NCBI RefSeq assembly: GCF_006345805.1
Contig: NC_043000.1
Span: forward strand, 78,120,001 to 78,184,000
DNA: 64,000 nt
Direction: 5' to 3'
DNA from: Octopus sinensis
Lineage: Eukaryota
Positions within the stretch are counted from its first letter, which is position 1. Each line of letters starts with the position of its first letter. The notes under the pieces are model-generated. The model had not been told where the DNA came from. It worked only from the letters and a program-made list of their open reading frames with translations, and did not search any database. This document shows, piece after piece, positions 40,987 through 54,055 of this stretch. The position numbers were made by a program, and so were the translations under genes.

Positions 40987-41026
<40 letters not shown>

Positions 41027-41039
41027 TTGATTTGATTTG

Positions 41040-42400
41040 ATTGATTGTTGTGCTTAACTGGAATACCAGTGAAATAATTGACAGAAAAATCCGCAAGCAA
41101 CTGACTTGTAATAAGATGCACCATCCAAAGGCAGACGTGGATTGTCTTTACCTTCCCAGAGCTCAGGGAGATCGAGGCTTGATCCACCTTGAACGTACGT
41201 ACAAAACCACCACAATCGGACTGGCCAAATACCTTGCAACAACCAACGATTGGATGCAAAAACTTGTTGAAAAATGTGAAAGACAGAAAAAAACTTCACT
41301 CTATTCTAAAAGAGAGCAAAACATTCGCTACTGATCTCTTAGATACCTACCAGATTGATCAGGTTGAAGTAAAAGCGCCAACTGCTGCTGAAAATAAAAT
41401 AAAATTAATTGCAAAGACAAAAGCGCATGAAAAATTAGCTAGCAAATGGGAACAGAAACCTCTGCATGGCAAGTAAGTGGCTCATAGCAAACAAGCAGAT
41501 GTCGACCAGAAACACACGCATCAATGGTTACGAAGCTCAAGGCTAAAAGCAGAGAGTGAAGGTTTCATATTGGCTGCTCAAGACCAAAGCTTATTAACCC
41601 GGAACTACCAAACCAATGTGATAAAAAATGGAGCTGACCCAAAATGCCGATTCTGTAACGATGAGATTGAAATTATAGACCACCTAATCTCAGGGTGTAG
41701 AGTCTTAGCACCTGTAGAATATAAAGCAAGACATGACAGAGTCGACCAGTATTTACACTGGACAATATGGCGGCATTATTAAATCAAAACCGCTGACAAA
41801 TGCCATAAACACCATCCTGAAGCTGTGACTGAGGGAGAAAATGTGTCGATTCTATGGGACTTCCCCGTACATAACGACAAAACTATAAAAGTTAATAAAC
41901 CGGACATTGTTATAAAAGATCAGACAAAAAAGGTGTGTTTATTAATTGACATGGGTATTCCTTGCGATCACAATATAGCGGCGAAAGAATTTGACAAGAT
42001 CAGTAAATATAAAGACTTGCTAATAGAAATTGAAAAAATGTTGCATCTCAAGGCGATTACAGTACCAGTGATTGCAGGATCTCTAGGAATGATGAAAAAA
42101 AAGGTACAGAAATTTATTTGAAAATGATACCAGGCTTACCATCTCTACAGGAAGTGCAAAAATCGTGTTAACTGGAACGTCTCAGATACTGAGAAGAGCA
42201 TTATCGCTGTGAAATCAACTTCTATTCATGAATTTATTTATTTATTAATTTTTTAAATACATATTTTACCTGTGAATTTGCGCGTGTAATCTGGGAATGC
42301 ATACAATGAGTTTTTCTGTCCTAGGTGTACGGAAAACACTCGGCGAGAAACGGAAGAAAATTTGAAGAAAGAATAAAGATAAAAATAATAATAATAAAAG
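41040..42400 (+). mobile_element. R4/Dong-type LINE 3' fragment (fourth family)
   Basis: HHPKADVDCLY, AAQDQSL, CRFC..H....C, RHD and KPDIV..LIDM..KY motifs. Confidence 0.85.
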
Positions 42401-42999
42401 TAATAGTAATAATATCTGTTTTCATTTGCTGGCCAGCAATCTTAGGAAGAAAAGAATAATCGATAAGGCCGATCCCTGTACTTGATTATACTTTATTTTA
42501 TGGACTCCAGAGTGATGAAAGTCAACGCTGGATGTGGCAAAATTTGAACACATAACATAATGAATCGGAAAAAATGCCGCTCAGAATATGGTCTAACGAT
42601 TCTACCTGCTTAAAATAATGATGATGATGATGATGATGATGATGATGGTAACAAGAAACACATTTGTGTATTGTGTGCGCGTATGTGCTTCTATGTGAAA
42701 AAAACGGAAGCCAAAATTCATAATGGAAAATCCTTTATTGACTTTTTGTCAGGGATAAAATAATTTTATTGATTTCATTGCATTATACATTAGTTGCTAT
42801 GTATGTATGTACGTATGTATGTATGTATGTATGTATGTATGTATGTATGTATGTGTGTATGTATGTATGTATGCATGTATGCATGTATGCATGTATGTAT
42901 GTATGTATGTATGCATGCATGCACTTATGTATGTGTGTGAACGGGCATGCATGCATGCATATCTGCATATACGTATATATTTCTATATGCATATATATA

Positions 43000-44600
43000 C
43001 AGTTGCGGCCAAAATGTTCAGAACGGCACTGTTTTCGTCAGAAAAGTAGGTATAATTTTTTTATCAAAGTTGTTTTATATTCTATAATTTTCACAGACAA
43101 TAAATACGATATTATTTGTTATTGTCTGAGATTTTGGTGTAATTTTAGAGGAGAATACAAAAATTATGGATGATTTAGTGATTTACTGCAAAACCCATGG
43201 CGGTTGCTTTTACTCCGTGTTTTAGTATATTTAACCGGTGAACTCTAATGTTTTGAATTTGTTTACGTGACAGTTCGTTTACTAAACATTAGTAAGAATA
43301 TCTGCAGTGTACTTTGTTAATATAATGCCACTTACTCCGTTACCAATTCGTCAGCAGATTATTAAGCTTCGAAAGAAGGGTAATTTAAGTATTGGGTCTA
43401 TTGCAAAGATTGTTAACAAGTCAAAAAGTGTTACTCACGGTATTCTTAAAGGTCTACGATGATTGTGGTTCGTGTGAAGCAAGAAAGTCTACAGGTAGGG
43501 CAAGAAAAATGACCAAGAGAGAAGATCGTGCTATGCTAAAGTTGGACAGATTTAAAACTGCTGCTGCTGTTTCTTGGGAAATGAGCATTGTACTGAAGAA
43601 AACTTTATCTCGAAAAACTGTCTAGTCGTTTAGTTGAACATGACCTACAAGCAAGAGCGCCTGCAGTGAAGCCACTGATCAGTTCTAAGAATAAAAGGTA
43701 TCGTCTTACCTTTGCAACCGAACATGTGTTGTGGTCTCAAGAAAAATGGCAAACGGTGCATTTCAGTGATGAATCTAAGTTTATGTTATTTGGCTCACAG
43801 ATGGGAAAAGGTATGCTCGTCGAAAAGTAGGTGAAAAATTGTCGCCTAAATGCCTTAAGGCTAGTGTTAAATTCGGTGGAGGAAGTATCATGGTTTGGGG
43901 GATGATATCTAGAGATCGTGTGGGCCCTTTGGTGCGATTACATGGAAAGGTAAATGCAGGAGTTTATAAACAACTTGTAAAAGATCATGTCTTGCCTGTG
44001 CTGAGAAATTCAACGAAGTGACCACCCATATTCATGCAGAACAATGCCCCATGTCACAAGGCTAAAGTGGTCATGAACTTCCTCAAGGTTAAAAAGGTTA
44101 TTGTTATGGATTGGCCTGCTCAAAGCCCAGATCACAATCCTATTGAAAATGTGTGGAATATTCTAGAACGTTCGAAAGCCAGAAATCCTAAAACAACCGA
44201 GCCATTATGGAATGCCCTTCAGGAAGAATGGAATAAAATCACCCAGCAAGAAATTGAAAATTTAATTTCCTCATGCAGTCGAAGATGTCAAAGTGTGATT
44301 GAAGCTAAAGGGCTTCACACTAAATATTAAATATTTCTAGTATTCTCTGTCATTTTTGATTATTTTGTTATTTTTTCAACCGTTCTGATAATTTTGGCCG
44401 CCATGGGTTTTGCAGTAACTCACTAAATCATCCATAACTTTTGTATTATCCTCTCAAATTACACCAAAATCTCAGGCAATAGCAAGTAATATCCTATTTA
44501 TTGTCTGTGAAAAGTATAGAATATACAACAACTTTGATAAAAACTTATACCTACCTTTCTGACGAAAACAATGCCGTTCTGAACATTTTGGCCGCAACTG
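43000..44600 (+). mobile_element. Tc1-family DNA transposon with ~205-bp TIRs; disrupted transposase at ~43325-44330
   Basis: cagttgcggccaaaatgttc TIRs with TA TSD. FSDESKF, VKFGGGSIMVWG, QNNAPCH and WPAQSPDHNPIENVW motifs. Confidence 0.95.
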
Positions 44601-45208
44601 TATATATGTATATATATATTTATATATATTTATATGTGTACATACCTATTTATACATATGTATATACATATATATCCACACGCACACACAAATATATATA
44701 TATACACATATATATACTTACATACATATGCATGTGTAATGATGTTTGCATTATAATCTATCTAGTTATATATGTGTGTGTATGTATATGTGTGTCATGA
44801 TAATGAAGTTGGTGTGAGAGTGGCCCAGTTTCTGTAACATGTAGATTTATTTGTCACTCATAAATTCAATTTGGCATCTAACAGGAGCAGGGCTTTCTTT
44901 TATGTCTGATGTAGACGTTATCATGGAGGACGTAGAGGCTTTGACTGAAAATATAAAAAGAAATATAAAACGTGTGTAAACACACACACACACACACACA
45001 CAAACATATATATATATATATAAATATATATACATATATATATACATATATATATATACATATATATATACATATATACATACATATATATATACTCTGA
45101 TATTTATCATTGTTTGATTTCACTTTTTCAATATCAGCGACAGTGGACGCTGGAAAAAGTATAAGTATTTGTGAAGGAAATCTAATTCTCGCCGACAACT
45201 ATGATTGT

Positions 45209-45253
45209 CACACGCTGACGAGAGGTCAGTACCTCGAAACTCGAGTCCGTGTG
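45209..45253 (+). ncRNA. Type I hammerhead ribozyme (canonical core)
   Basis: CACACG CTGACGA GAGG tcagta CCTC GAAAC TCGA GTC CGTGTG. Predicted cleavage after C45247. Confidence 0.92.
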
Positions 45254-45560
45254 TATCATAAGTTGAAGACGGGAAGGATGACTTCCCTTTGCAAATACTG
45301 ACAGGACACAGAAAGTGTGTCTATGGCCAGCTGGAGGAGTGTGTCCTCCTGGGGCTAAAAACTACAGTAGCATCCACCCTTAGGGGTAGCCATATTGAGA
45401 TGGCAAATATACGTCACGATGTGTTACCGCTACTGTATATAACTCACTCTGATATTTATCATTGTTTGATTTCACTTTTTCAATATCAGCGACAGTGGAC
45501 GCTGGAAAAAGTATAAGTATTTGTGAAGGAAATCTAATTCTCGCCGACAACTATGATTGT

Positions 45561-45605
45561 TACACGCTGAAGAGAGGTCAATACCTCGAAACTCGAGTCC
45601 GTGTG
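45561..45605 (+). ncRNA. Type I hammerhead ribozyme (canonical core)
   Basis: TACACG CTGAAGA GAGG tcaata CCTC GAAAC TCGA GTC CGTGTG. Predicted cleavage after C45599. Confidence 0.92.
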
Positions 45606-45769
45606 TATCATGAGTTGAAGACGGGAAGGATGACTTCCCTTTGCAAATACTGACAGGACACAGAAAGTGTGTCTATGGCCAGCTGGAGGAGTGTGTCCTC
45701 CTGGGGCTAAAAACTACAGTAGCATCCACCCTTAGGGGTAGCCATATTGAGATGGCAAATATACGTCAC

Positions 45770-45993
45770 TATATATATACATATATACATATATATATAT
45801 ACACACATATATATACCACATATACATATATATATATACACATGTACATATATATATATACACATATAACATATATATATAATACACATATACATATATA
45901 TATATATACAAATATTTATTATATATATATACACATATATATATACATATATACACATATATATATATATATATATACATATAATATATATAC

Positions 45994-46024
<31 letters not shown>

Positions 46025-46122
46025 CATATATATATATACATATATATAATACATATTATATTATATACCTATATATATATATACATATATATATATATAA
46101 TATATATATATACATATATATA

Positions 46123-46186
<64 letters not shown>

Positions 46187-46286
46187 ATATATATATATAC
46201 ATATATACACTATATATTATATATCACATATATATATATATATACATATAATATACAATATAATATATATATACATATATATATAC

Positions 46287-46343
<57 letters not shown>

Positions 46344-46752
46344 CATATAATATACATATATATATACATATATTATACATATATATATACATATATATAT
46401 ATACATATATATATATACATAGATATATATATATATATACAATATAGATATATATATACATATATATATACATAGATATATATATAACATAATATAGAAA
46501 TATATATAGATATATATACCGTAATATATATACTTATATATATACATATATATATACATATACATATATATAGATATATATAGATATACATATATATATA
46601 TATATACATATATATACATAATATATATACATATATATACATATATATATATATATTATATATATATATACATATATATATAGATATATAAATATATACA
46701 TATATATATATATAGATACATATATACATATATATATATAGATATATATAAC

Positions 46753-46793
<41 letters not shown>

Positions 46794-46860
46794 CATATAT
46801 ATATACATATATATATACATATGGGGCCATATATATATATATACATATATATATACATAT
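45770..46860. repeat. Long imperfect (TA)n/(TACA)n tract
   Basis: Directly visible. Confidence 0.95.
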
Positions 46861-47975
46861 CGGGCCACTTCCATTAGCACGCAAATAGTGAGCGGTGTTC
46901 CACAGGGCACTGTTTTGGGACCACTACTGTTCATAATGGCCCTCTCAGACATGCCCCCAGCCACGCGGAGAGCCACGATCACAAGTTATGCAGATGATAC
47001 AAAAGTTTCACAGGCAATACAGAACCCTGAAGACACTAAGCACCTGCAATGTGAGCTGGACAAAATATACAAGTGGGCTGAAAAGAATAGCATGCAGTTC
47101 AATGCTGAAAAGTTTCAAGCTTTATAATATCAGCATGCAAAACTGAATGCAATACCCAATGAATACACTGGATCCGGAGGGATTGCAATCCCAGAGGCAC
47201 AATCAGTGCGTGACCTGGGTATTCACATGAGTGATGACGCGAACTTTCATGTACATGTTGCTAAACTGACAATGAAATGCAGACGGCTGGCTGGATGGAT
47301 TCTTAGAACCTTAGAACAAGAGAACAAGAAACCATGATGGTCCTCTGGAAGACACTGTCCTAAGCCACTTTGACTATTGCTCTCAGCTATGGTCACCATC
47401 CAGTGTCAAGTTGATCACAGAACTTGAGGCGATCCAACGAAGCTACACGAAGAAGATAGCCTCTGTGCAGTATATGAGCTACTGGGAGAGACTCAAGAGA
47501 TTAAAGCTCTATTCCCTGGAGCGTAGGCGAGAAAGATATGCCATAATATATATCTGGAAGATCCTGGAGGGTCTTGTCCCAGACTTTGGCATCGAGAGTC
47601 ACACAAATGCCAGAACCGGACGCCACTGCGTAGTACCAAGGACTCCAAATTTGCCATCAAGATGTAGGACAAGATGTTGTGATAGCCTGGGCTTCAGAGG
47701 CCTCCCGAAGAACCTGAGGAACCTGCATGGTGCGGATGCGGATGTCTTTAAAGTAGGACTGGATCTCTTCCTGTCAGGTGTCCCGGATGAACCAACTTCA
47801 CGGCAGGAGGCGCAGATGACGGCAGCTGCATCGAACTCTCTCATGCATCAGATGGCGTTTGCTAAAAAGCATCCGTGAGGTAAAACGGTGTAGCAAACCA
47901 AATGGCGGTGCCCCAGCATGGCCACAGCTCATTAGCTGAAACTGGAAAATCAAAATGAAATCATCAATCAAAATC
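46861..47975 (+). mobile_element. 5'-truncated CR1/L2-group LINE
   Basis: [20 protein letters not shown] and YSLERRRER motifs; 3' stem-loop tail ggcggtgccccagcatggccacagc..gctgaaac. Confidence 0.9.
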
Positions 47976-47997
47976 ATATATATACATATATATATAA

Positions 47998-48990
47998 TTT
48001 TAATCCAAACGGGAAAACAAAAAAACAACAACAGTGGAACAATTACAGTATTATTATTAATAGGCGCTCAGGAAATATGGAAGCAGGAAGGTATGACGTT
48101 TCGAGCGGAGCTCTTCGTCGGAAACATAAAGAAGGAAGAGAGAGGAAAGAAAGATCCCAAAGTGGGCAACAAGAGATGGAGAAAAAAACGACTGGTGTTT
48201 ACGAAGTACACATGGTGTGAATGAAAGGCGGAAGTTTTACGATAACAAGAGCAAAGTAGGTTTTTAAAGCCAAAAGAGTGGAGACAGGGTTGGTAACGCA
48301 ACAGATGTGTGTGTGTATGTGTGAGTGTGTGGTGTGCGTGTGTGTATGTGTGTGAAGCGAGATAAAAAAACAAAAATATATGTATGTGTTAGTGTGTGCG
48401 TCTGTGTGTAGGCGTGTGAGGTAGGGCGAACAGTAGTAGGCAACAGACAGTGGTCAGTGTAAGAAAATGAAGGAAGGAGGAAGGGAGGGAGGGGAGGGGT
48501 GGGGGCGTATGTAACGTGCCAGCGTGTGTTGAGTATAGTGTGTGTGGGTGTCCGTGTCGTGTGTAGTATTAATGGCGAGTAGATTTGAATGTGTGTAAGA
48601 GTAATGTATATATTTAAGCAATGTGTGGTGTGAGTGGGTGTATGTATGTGGCGCGTGTGTGTAACAAAAAAGGGGGTAAGAAAAAGGACTCCAGCTGAGG
48701 GGAAGATGGAACAGTGGTCCCGCGGAGACGGGCGTGGGAGAACCCAACGACAGGCGACGGTCCCGAACGAGCGGGAGGTCTCGTCGGGGGCAAGAGCGAG
48801 GTGCATGCCAGTGCGTATGCGTGCGCGAACCGGCGCAAGCGCGTGTGTGCACGCGCTGCCAGTATGCGCGTAAGTATGTATGTGTGTGGATGTGTGAGTG
48901 TGTCTGTGTGTATGTCTGTATCTGGGTGTCAGTGTGTCCGATGAATGTATGGTGAGTATGTGTGTATATATGTGTGTGCATAGATGTATG
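47998..48990 (-). mobile_element. Probable Penelope-type terminal repeat region with a variant hammerhead (48091-48126)
   Basis: Minus-strand CCGACGA A GAGC tcc GCTC GAAAC GTC inside a CA-rich non-coding segment that runs into the gap. Confidence 0.45.
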
Positions 48991-49090
48991 NNNNNNNNNN
49001 NNNNNNNNNNNNNNNNNNNNNNNNNNNNNNNNNNNNNNNNNNNNNNNNNNNNNNNNNNNNNNNNNNNNNNNNNNNNNNNNNNNNNNNNNN
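48991..49090. other. Assembly gap (100 N)
   Basis: Run of N. Confidence 1.
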
Positions 49091-50033
49091 GTCCTTCCAG
49101 GATCTTCCAGATGTATATTATGGCATATCTCTCTCGCCTACGCTCCAAGGAATAGAGTCTCAATCTCTTGAGTCTTTCCCAATAGCTTATATGCTGCACA
49201 GAGGCTATCTTCATCGTGTAGCTTCGTTGGATCGTCTCAAGTTCTGTGATTAACTTGACACTGGATGGTGACCATAGCTGAGGGAAATAGTCAAAGTGGC
49301 TTAGGACAAGTGTCCTCGAGAGGACCATCATGGTTTCCTGGTCTCTTGTTCTAAAGGTTCTAAGAATCCATCCGGTCAGCTGCCTACATTTCATTGCCAA
49401 TTTAGCAACATGCGCATGAAAGGTTGCGTCATCACTCATGTAAATACCCAGGTCTCGCACTGATTGTGCCTCTGGGATTGCAATCCCTCCAGGTCCAGTG
49501 TATTCATTTGGTATTGCATTTAGTTTTGCATGCTGATAGCATAAAGCTTGAAACTTTTCAGCATTGAACTGCATGCTATTCTTTTCAGCCCACTTGTATA
49601 TTTTGTCCAGCTCACATTGCAGGTGCATAATGTCTTCAGGGTTCTGTATTGCTTGTGAAACTTTTGTATCATCTGCATAACTTGTGATTGTGGTTGAGGG
49701 CATGTCTGAGAGGGCCATTATGAACAGTAGTGGTCCCAAAACAGTGCCTTGCAGAACACCGCTCACTTATTGCGTGTTAATGGAAGTGGCCCCATTGGCT
49801 CCTACCACCTGACATCTATCCTTCAGAAAGTCATGAAGCTATTCTCCCAATTTTCCAACTATGCCAAGATCACGCAGTTTGTGACATATCATTCCATGAT
49901 CGACTTTATCAAAGGCCTTTGCAAAGTCAGAGAGATTGGTCTGTAGTTCTTGGCCTCCGCTCTGCTACCTCCTTTATGAATAGGGCATATTTTACCTTCC
50001 TTCAGTTTTCTTGGAAGTTTGCCAGTTGCAAAC

Positions 50034-50035
<2 letters not shown>
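49091..50035 (-). mobile_element. CR1/L2-group LINE fragment, same family as 46861-47975
   Basis: [14 protein letters not shown], (deletion), [27 protein letters not shown]. Confidence 0.9.
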
Positions 50036-50077
<42 letters not shown>

Positions 50078-50124
50078 CATATACATATATATATGTATAG
50101 ATATACATATATATATATTATATA

Positions 50125-50205
<81 letters not shown>

Positions 50206-50543
50206 TATAATATGGAGTATAATAAAGAACAACTTCCATATATATATATATCTACATATACATATATATATGTATATATATACATATATATAGTATATAT
50301 ATATGTATATTAATATTCATATATATACATATACATATATATGTATATATATATGTATATATATATATATATATACACATCTATATATATACACACACAT
50401 ATATAATATATAACATATATATATGTATATATATACAATATATATATACATATATCTTACGTATATATTACATATATATATGGTATTATATACATATATA
50501 TATACATATATATATGTATATATATATGTATATATATATATAT

Positions 50544-50579
<36 letters not shown>

Positions 50580-50609
50580 TATAAATATGTAATAAATATA
50601 TATATATAA

Positions 50610-52070
50610 GTAAAAGGAGGTAATTGGTTGTTATTGTTGTGTGTAAGGGAGATAGCTGTTTAGGTTTTTGGTGGGGAATAAATATGTGTACAGAAAGGAG
50701 ACAGGTTTAAAAAAATGATACCTGGATGACTGTTTTATCATCTGGAAGGAGAATATGGACAAACTTTTGTATTTCAAAACGACACTAAATGACATAAATA
50801 GTAACATTCAATTCACAATGGAGTATAATAAAGAACAACTTCCATTTTTAGACATCATGATAAAAATAGTCAATAATGAAATCATACCTGACATTTATTA
50901 TAAAAAATATATTATAAATATTGTCTCAAAACAATATCTTCTTTTTAACTCATGTCACCCGAAACACATAAAAATAAACATCCCTTTTAACTTAGCAAAA
51001 AGGATCTGCACAATAGTGTCTGATAGAACAACTCGGGACCTTCGTCTTCAAGACCTCAAAACAACACTTATTGAAAGATCATATCTACCCTCTCTTATCG
51101 ACGAGGGAATTAAACGTGCCAAAGAATTAGACACAAAATCACTAAGAACAAAAAAAAAAAACAGAGCACCACACCTCAAACCAAAGCATTACTTTTTATA
51201 TCAACACACAACCCCAGAAACAGTGAGGCATTCAACACTATTGTGCAAACTCTCCCTTTACTAAGTAGAGATCCAAAAATGAACGACATCCTGAAAACAC
51301 ACAAACTCATCAAATGCAAAAAATCAAAACAAATCGCTAAGGAGACTACTAACAAATGCGAAGCTTTACCAAACAACCACGAAACCAACGGTTGAAAAAT
51401 GTGTACGCCCGAACTGTGGCACCTGCCTCAACCTGCTTGAAGGCTCGGATTTCCTTTTCAAACAAGGACAGAGGTTCACAATTAAAACTAATTTCACCTG
51501 TGCCTCTGAGAACCTAATTTATGTAATAACCTGCTCGGGTTGCAGTCATAGTACATGGACGAACGAGTTAACTTTGAGGAAGAGAATCACTCTGCATAAG
51601 AGCAAATCCGTTTCCCGCAATACAGACAAAATTCTCTTAGTGAACACATAGAAAAATGTGCAGGTAACATCAAACCAAATTTACAGTCTTCCCCTTCTAC
51701 CAGTGCAAAGACACAATCTCTGAACTAGAACGCTTAAATAAAGAAACTTTTTTCATTGAAAAATACAAATGCATCTTAATATGCACGCATAACTAACTTT
51801 TATAGTTTTACATATCACATCACTGTACAGAAATCCCCTACTAAACAAGGTCCCCTTTTTTTAAACCTGTCTTCTTTCTGTACACATATTTATTCCCCAC
51901 CCAAAACCTAAACAGTTATCTCCCTTACACACAACAATAACAATAATAACAACCAATTACCTCCCTTTACTGGTCAACTTGTAAAATAATTCACTCGTGA
52001 ATTTCATTACAAACAACATTGACCAAATTTCTTCTTAAGAAAAAGTATATATTCATATAAATTAAACATT
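50610..52070 (+). mobile_element. Penelope-like element, 5'-truncated, with an inverted 3'-end copy at its 5' side
   Basis: YLDDCFII, IQFTME..LPFLD and SCHP motifs, plus GIY-YIG-like NLIYVITCSGC. 50610-50715 is the reverse complement of ~51855-51970. Confidence 0.88.
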
Positions 52071-52074
52071 ATAT

Positions 52075-53005
52075 TGTTACGAACCTCACCTGCCGTCGCT
52101 CAAACTCTTCGGAAAACCCGGGACCCTACCAAGTCGAGCGACGACGATTTACCGGCCCGATCAATCGGCGAACTCGCCACGGACCCAGGGAGAGAGAGAA
52201 TTCGGTGGGGGAAAGGCGGCAGCAAACTCGGCAGCCGGCGACCGGAGATAACAACAACAACAACAGGAGGAAGAGATACAGAGAGGCACGGCGGAAGGTA
52301 ATTTGGCTTACATTTAACAACAGTTTATACAATTATTACAACATCAAATAAATCAAAGAAAATGCAAGAAAACAAGAAAACAACAAATCAAAGCATTTAA
52401 ACAGTTCGCATCGAATCAAAACAAATAATGTTCACATTAACGATACAGTTCAATGTTCAAATCACATTAAAGTCTTTCTCTTTCTTTTTCAACACGTATC
52501 AACAACTCTGTAACACAATTCACAATGTTCTTTATAATCTCATTTCTTTTTCTCTTTAGCAATGTTCTTTCTTTTTCCTCTTTCCTTCTTTTTTTTCACA
52601 TCAATTCTCTTTTTAGTTCAGCACATCAAAATACAACAACCAAAAGACACAAACAAAACTTTACCGAACGTTCTTTCCCGTCTGCAACAATTTCAGAAAA
52701 CTACTACCGTAATCGCTATGCCCTCTCGCCGCAAACTCTCTCAGTTCCTTAATCATCTCTGCCTGTCCTCCTCTTTCACGTTCACTGTCACAGCAGAAAC
52801 AACCTGTTACTAACTCGCCCTGTCCTCAACTGTCCAACAGACTCACATCTCCTGCTTTTTAAGGGGTGTTTCCTCGAACTTTCTTTCACCTGAAAAGGGT
52901 CGAAGGTCTCCCAAGAACTCATCAATCCACCTGAATCTGACAGGACAAAGGATTTATTCACAAAAGTCGGTCGCAAGCACTGTCCCTGAATTGACCCCCT
53001 TAACA
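52075..53005. mobile_element. Solo LTR (931 bp, probably Gypsy type)
   Basis: TGTTA...TAACA termini with a 4-bp ATAT TSD (52071-74, 53006-09). Confidence 0.75.
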
Positions 53006-53160
53006 ATATCATGAATAGCGATTGCGAAACCAGCCGATACATTAAAAATTATATTATAACCATGTAAGTGTGCGTATTTTCCTTTTTTAATTTCTTATAT
53101 ACATTACAATCCACAACGTGGGGACAACCGAAATTCTTCTTTTCTGTTACTACTACTATG

Positions 53161-53234
<74 letters not shown>

Positions 53235-54055
53235 TATGTATATATATATATATGTATATATATACATATATATATGTATATATATATATATGTGTATATT
53301 ATATACATACATATATATATACATATATATATATGTATAATATATACATATATATATATATACATTAATATATATGTATATATATATGTGTGTATATTAT
53401 ATATATATATAATATATAATATATACACACATATATATATTAAATATATATATAATGTATATATATATATGTATATATATACATATATACATATGTATAT
53501 ATATATGTATGTATATATATATATACACAGATATAATATACATATATATATGTATATATATACATAATATAGATATATATAATATATAGTATATAATAAT
53601 ATATGTATGTATATATATATATACAACATATAATATAACATATATATATGTATATATACCATATATATATATATTACATATATATGTATATATATATATA
53701 TATCTATATATATATATATACATAATATATATATATATAATATACATTATATATATTCTATATATATATATATATATATATACATAATATATATATATAT
53801 TATATATACATATATATATATATATACATATATATATGTATATATATATATGTATATATATGTGTGTGTATATTATATATAAATATATATATTTATACAT
53901 ATGTATATATGTGTGTGTATATATATATATATAATATATAATATTTATACATATGTATATATGTATGGTTATATATAATATATTGTATGTATATATATAT
54001 ACTTATATATACATATGTATACGTATATATATATGTGTGTGTATATGTGTATATA

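Larger units (their letters stand above)
45094..45769 (+). mobile_element. Retrozyme-like tandem repeat (352-bp unit, ~1.9 copies) inserted in (TA)n
   Basis: Units start at 45094 and 45446 and are almost identical. Each contains one hammerhead. Confidence 0.85.

Noticed and set aside
44847-44945. Possible minus-strand terminal exon after ttttcag
   Set aside because: Only an acceptor-like site is present. Phase 0 has an early stop, so it cannot follow the 60-kb candidate exon, and there is no other support.
45264-45295. TTGAAGA-C-GGGAAG/CTTCCC hairpin as a second hammerhead in the unit
   Set aside because: It lacks GAAA after the stem and has no stem I or III.
45110-45653. Duplicated 63-75 aa ORFs in the 352-bp repeat
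   Set aside because: They have non-ATG starts and no recognisable motif. RNA structure explains the unit better.
48264-49766. 500-aa ORF starting with RT motifs
   Set aside because: An artefact reading through the N gap from a LINE fragment into CA-rich non-coding sequence.
46861-50035. Convergent CR1-like copies as one large inverted-repeat element
   Set aside because: The copies have different truncation points and are separated by a gap of unknown size. Independent insertions or scaffold joining explain them.
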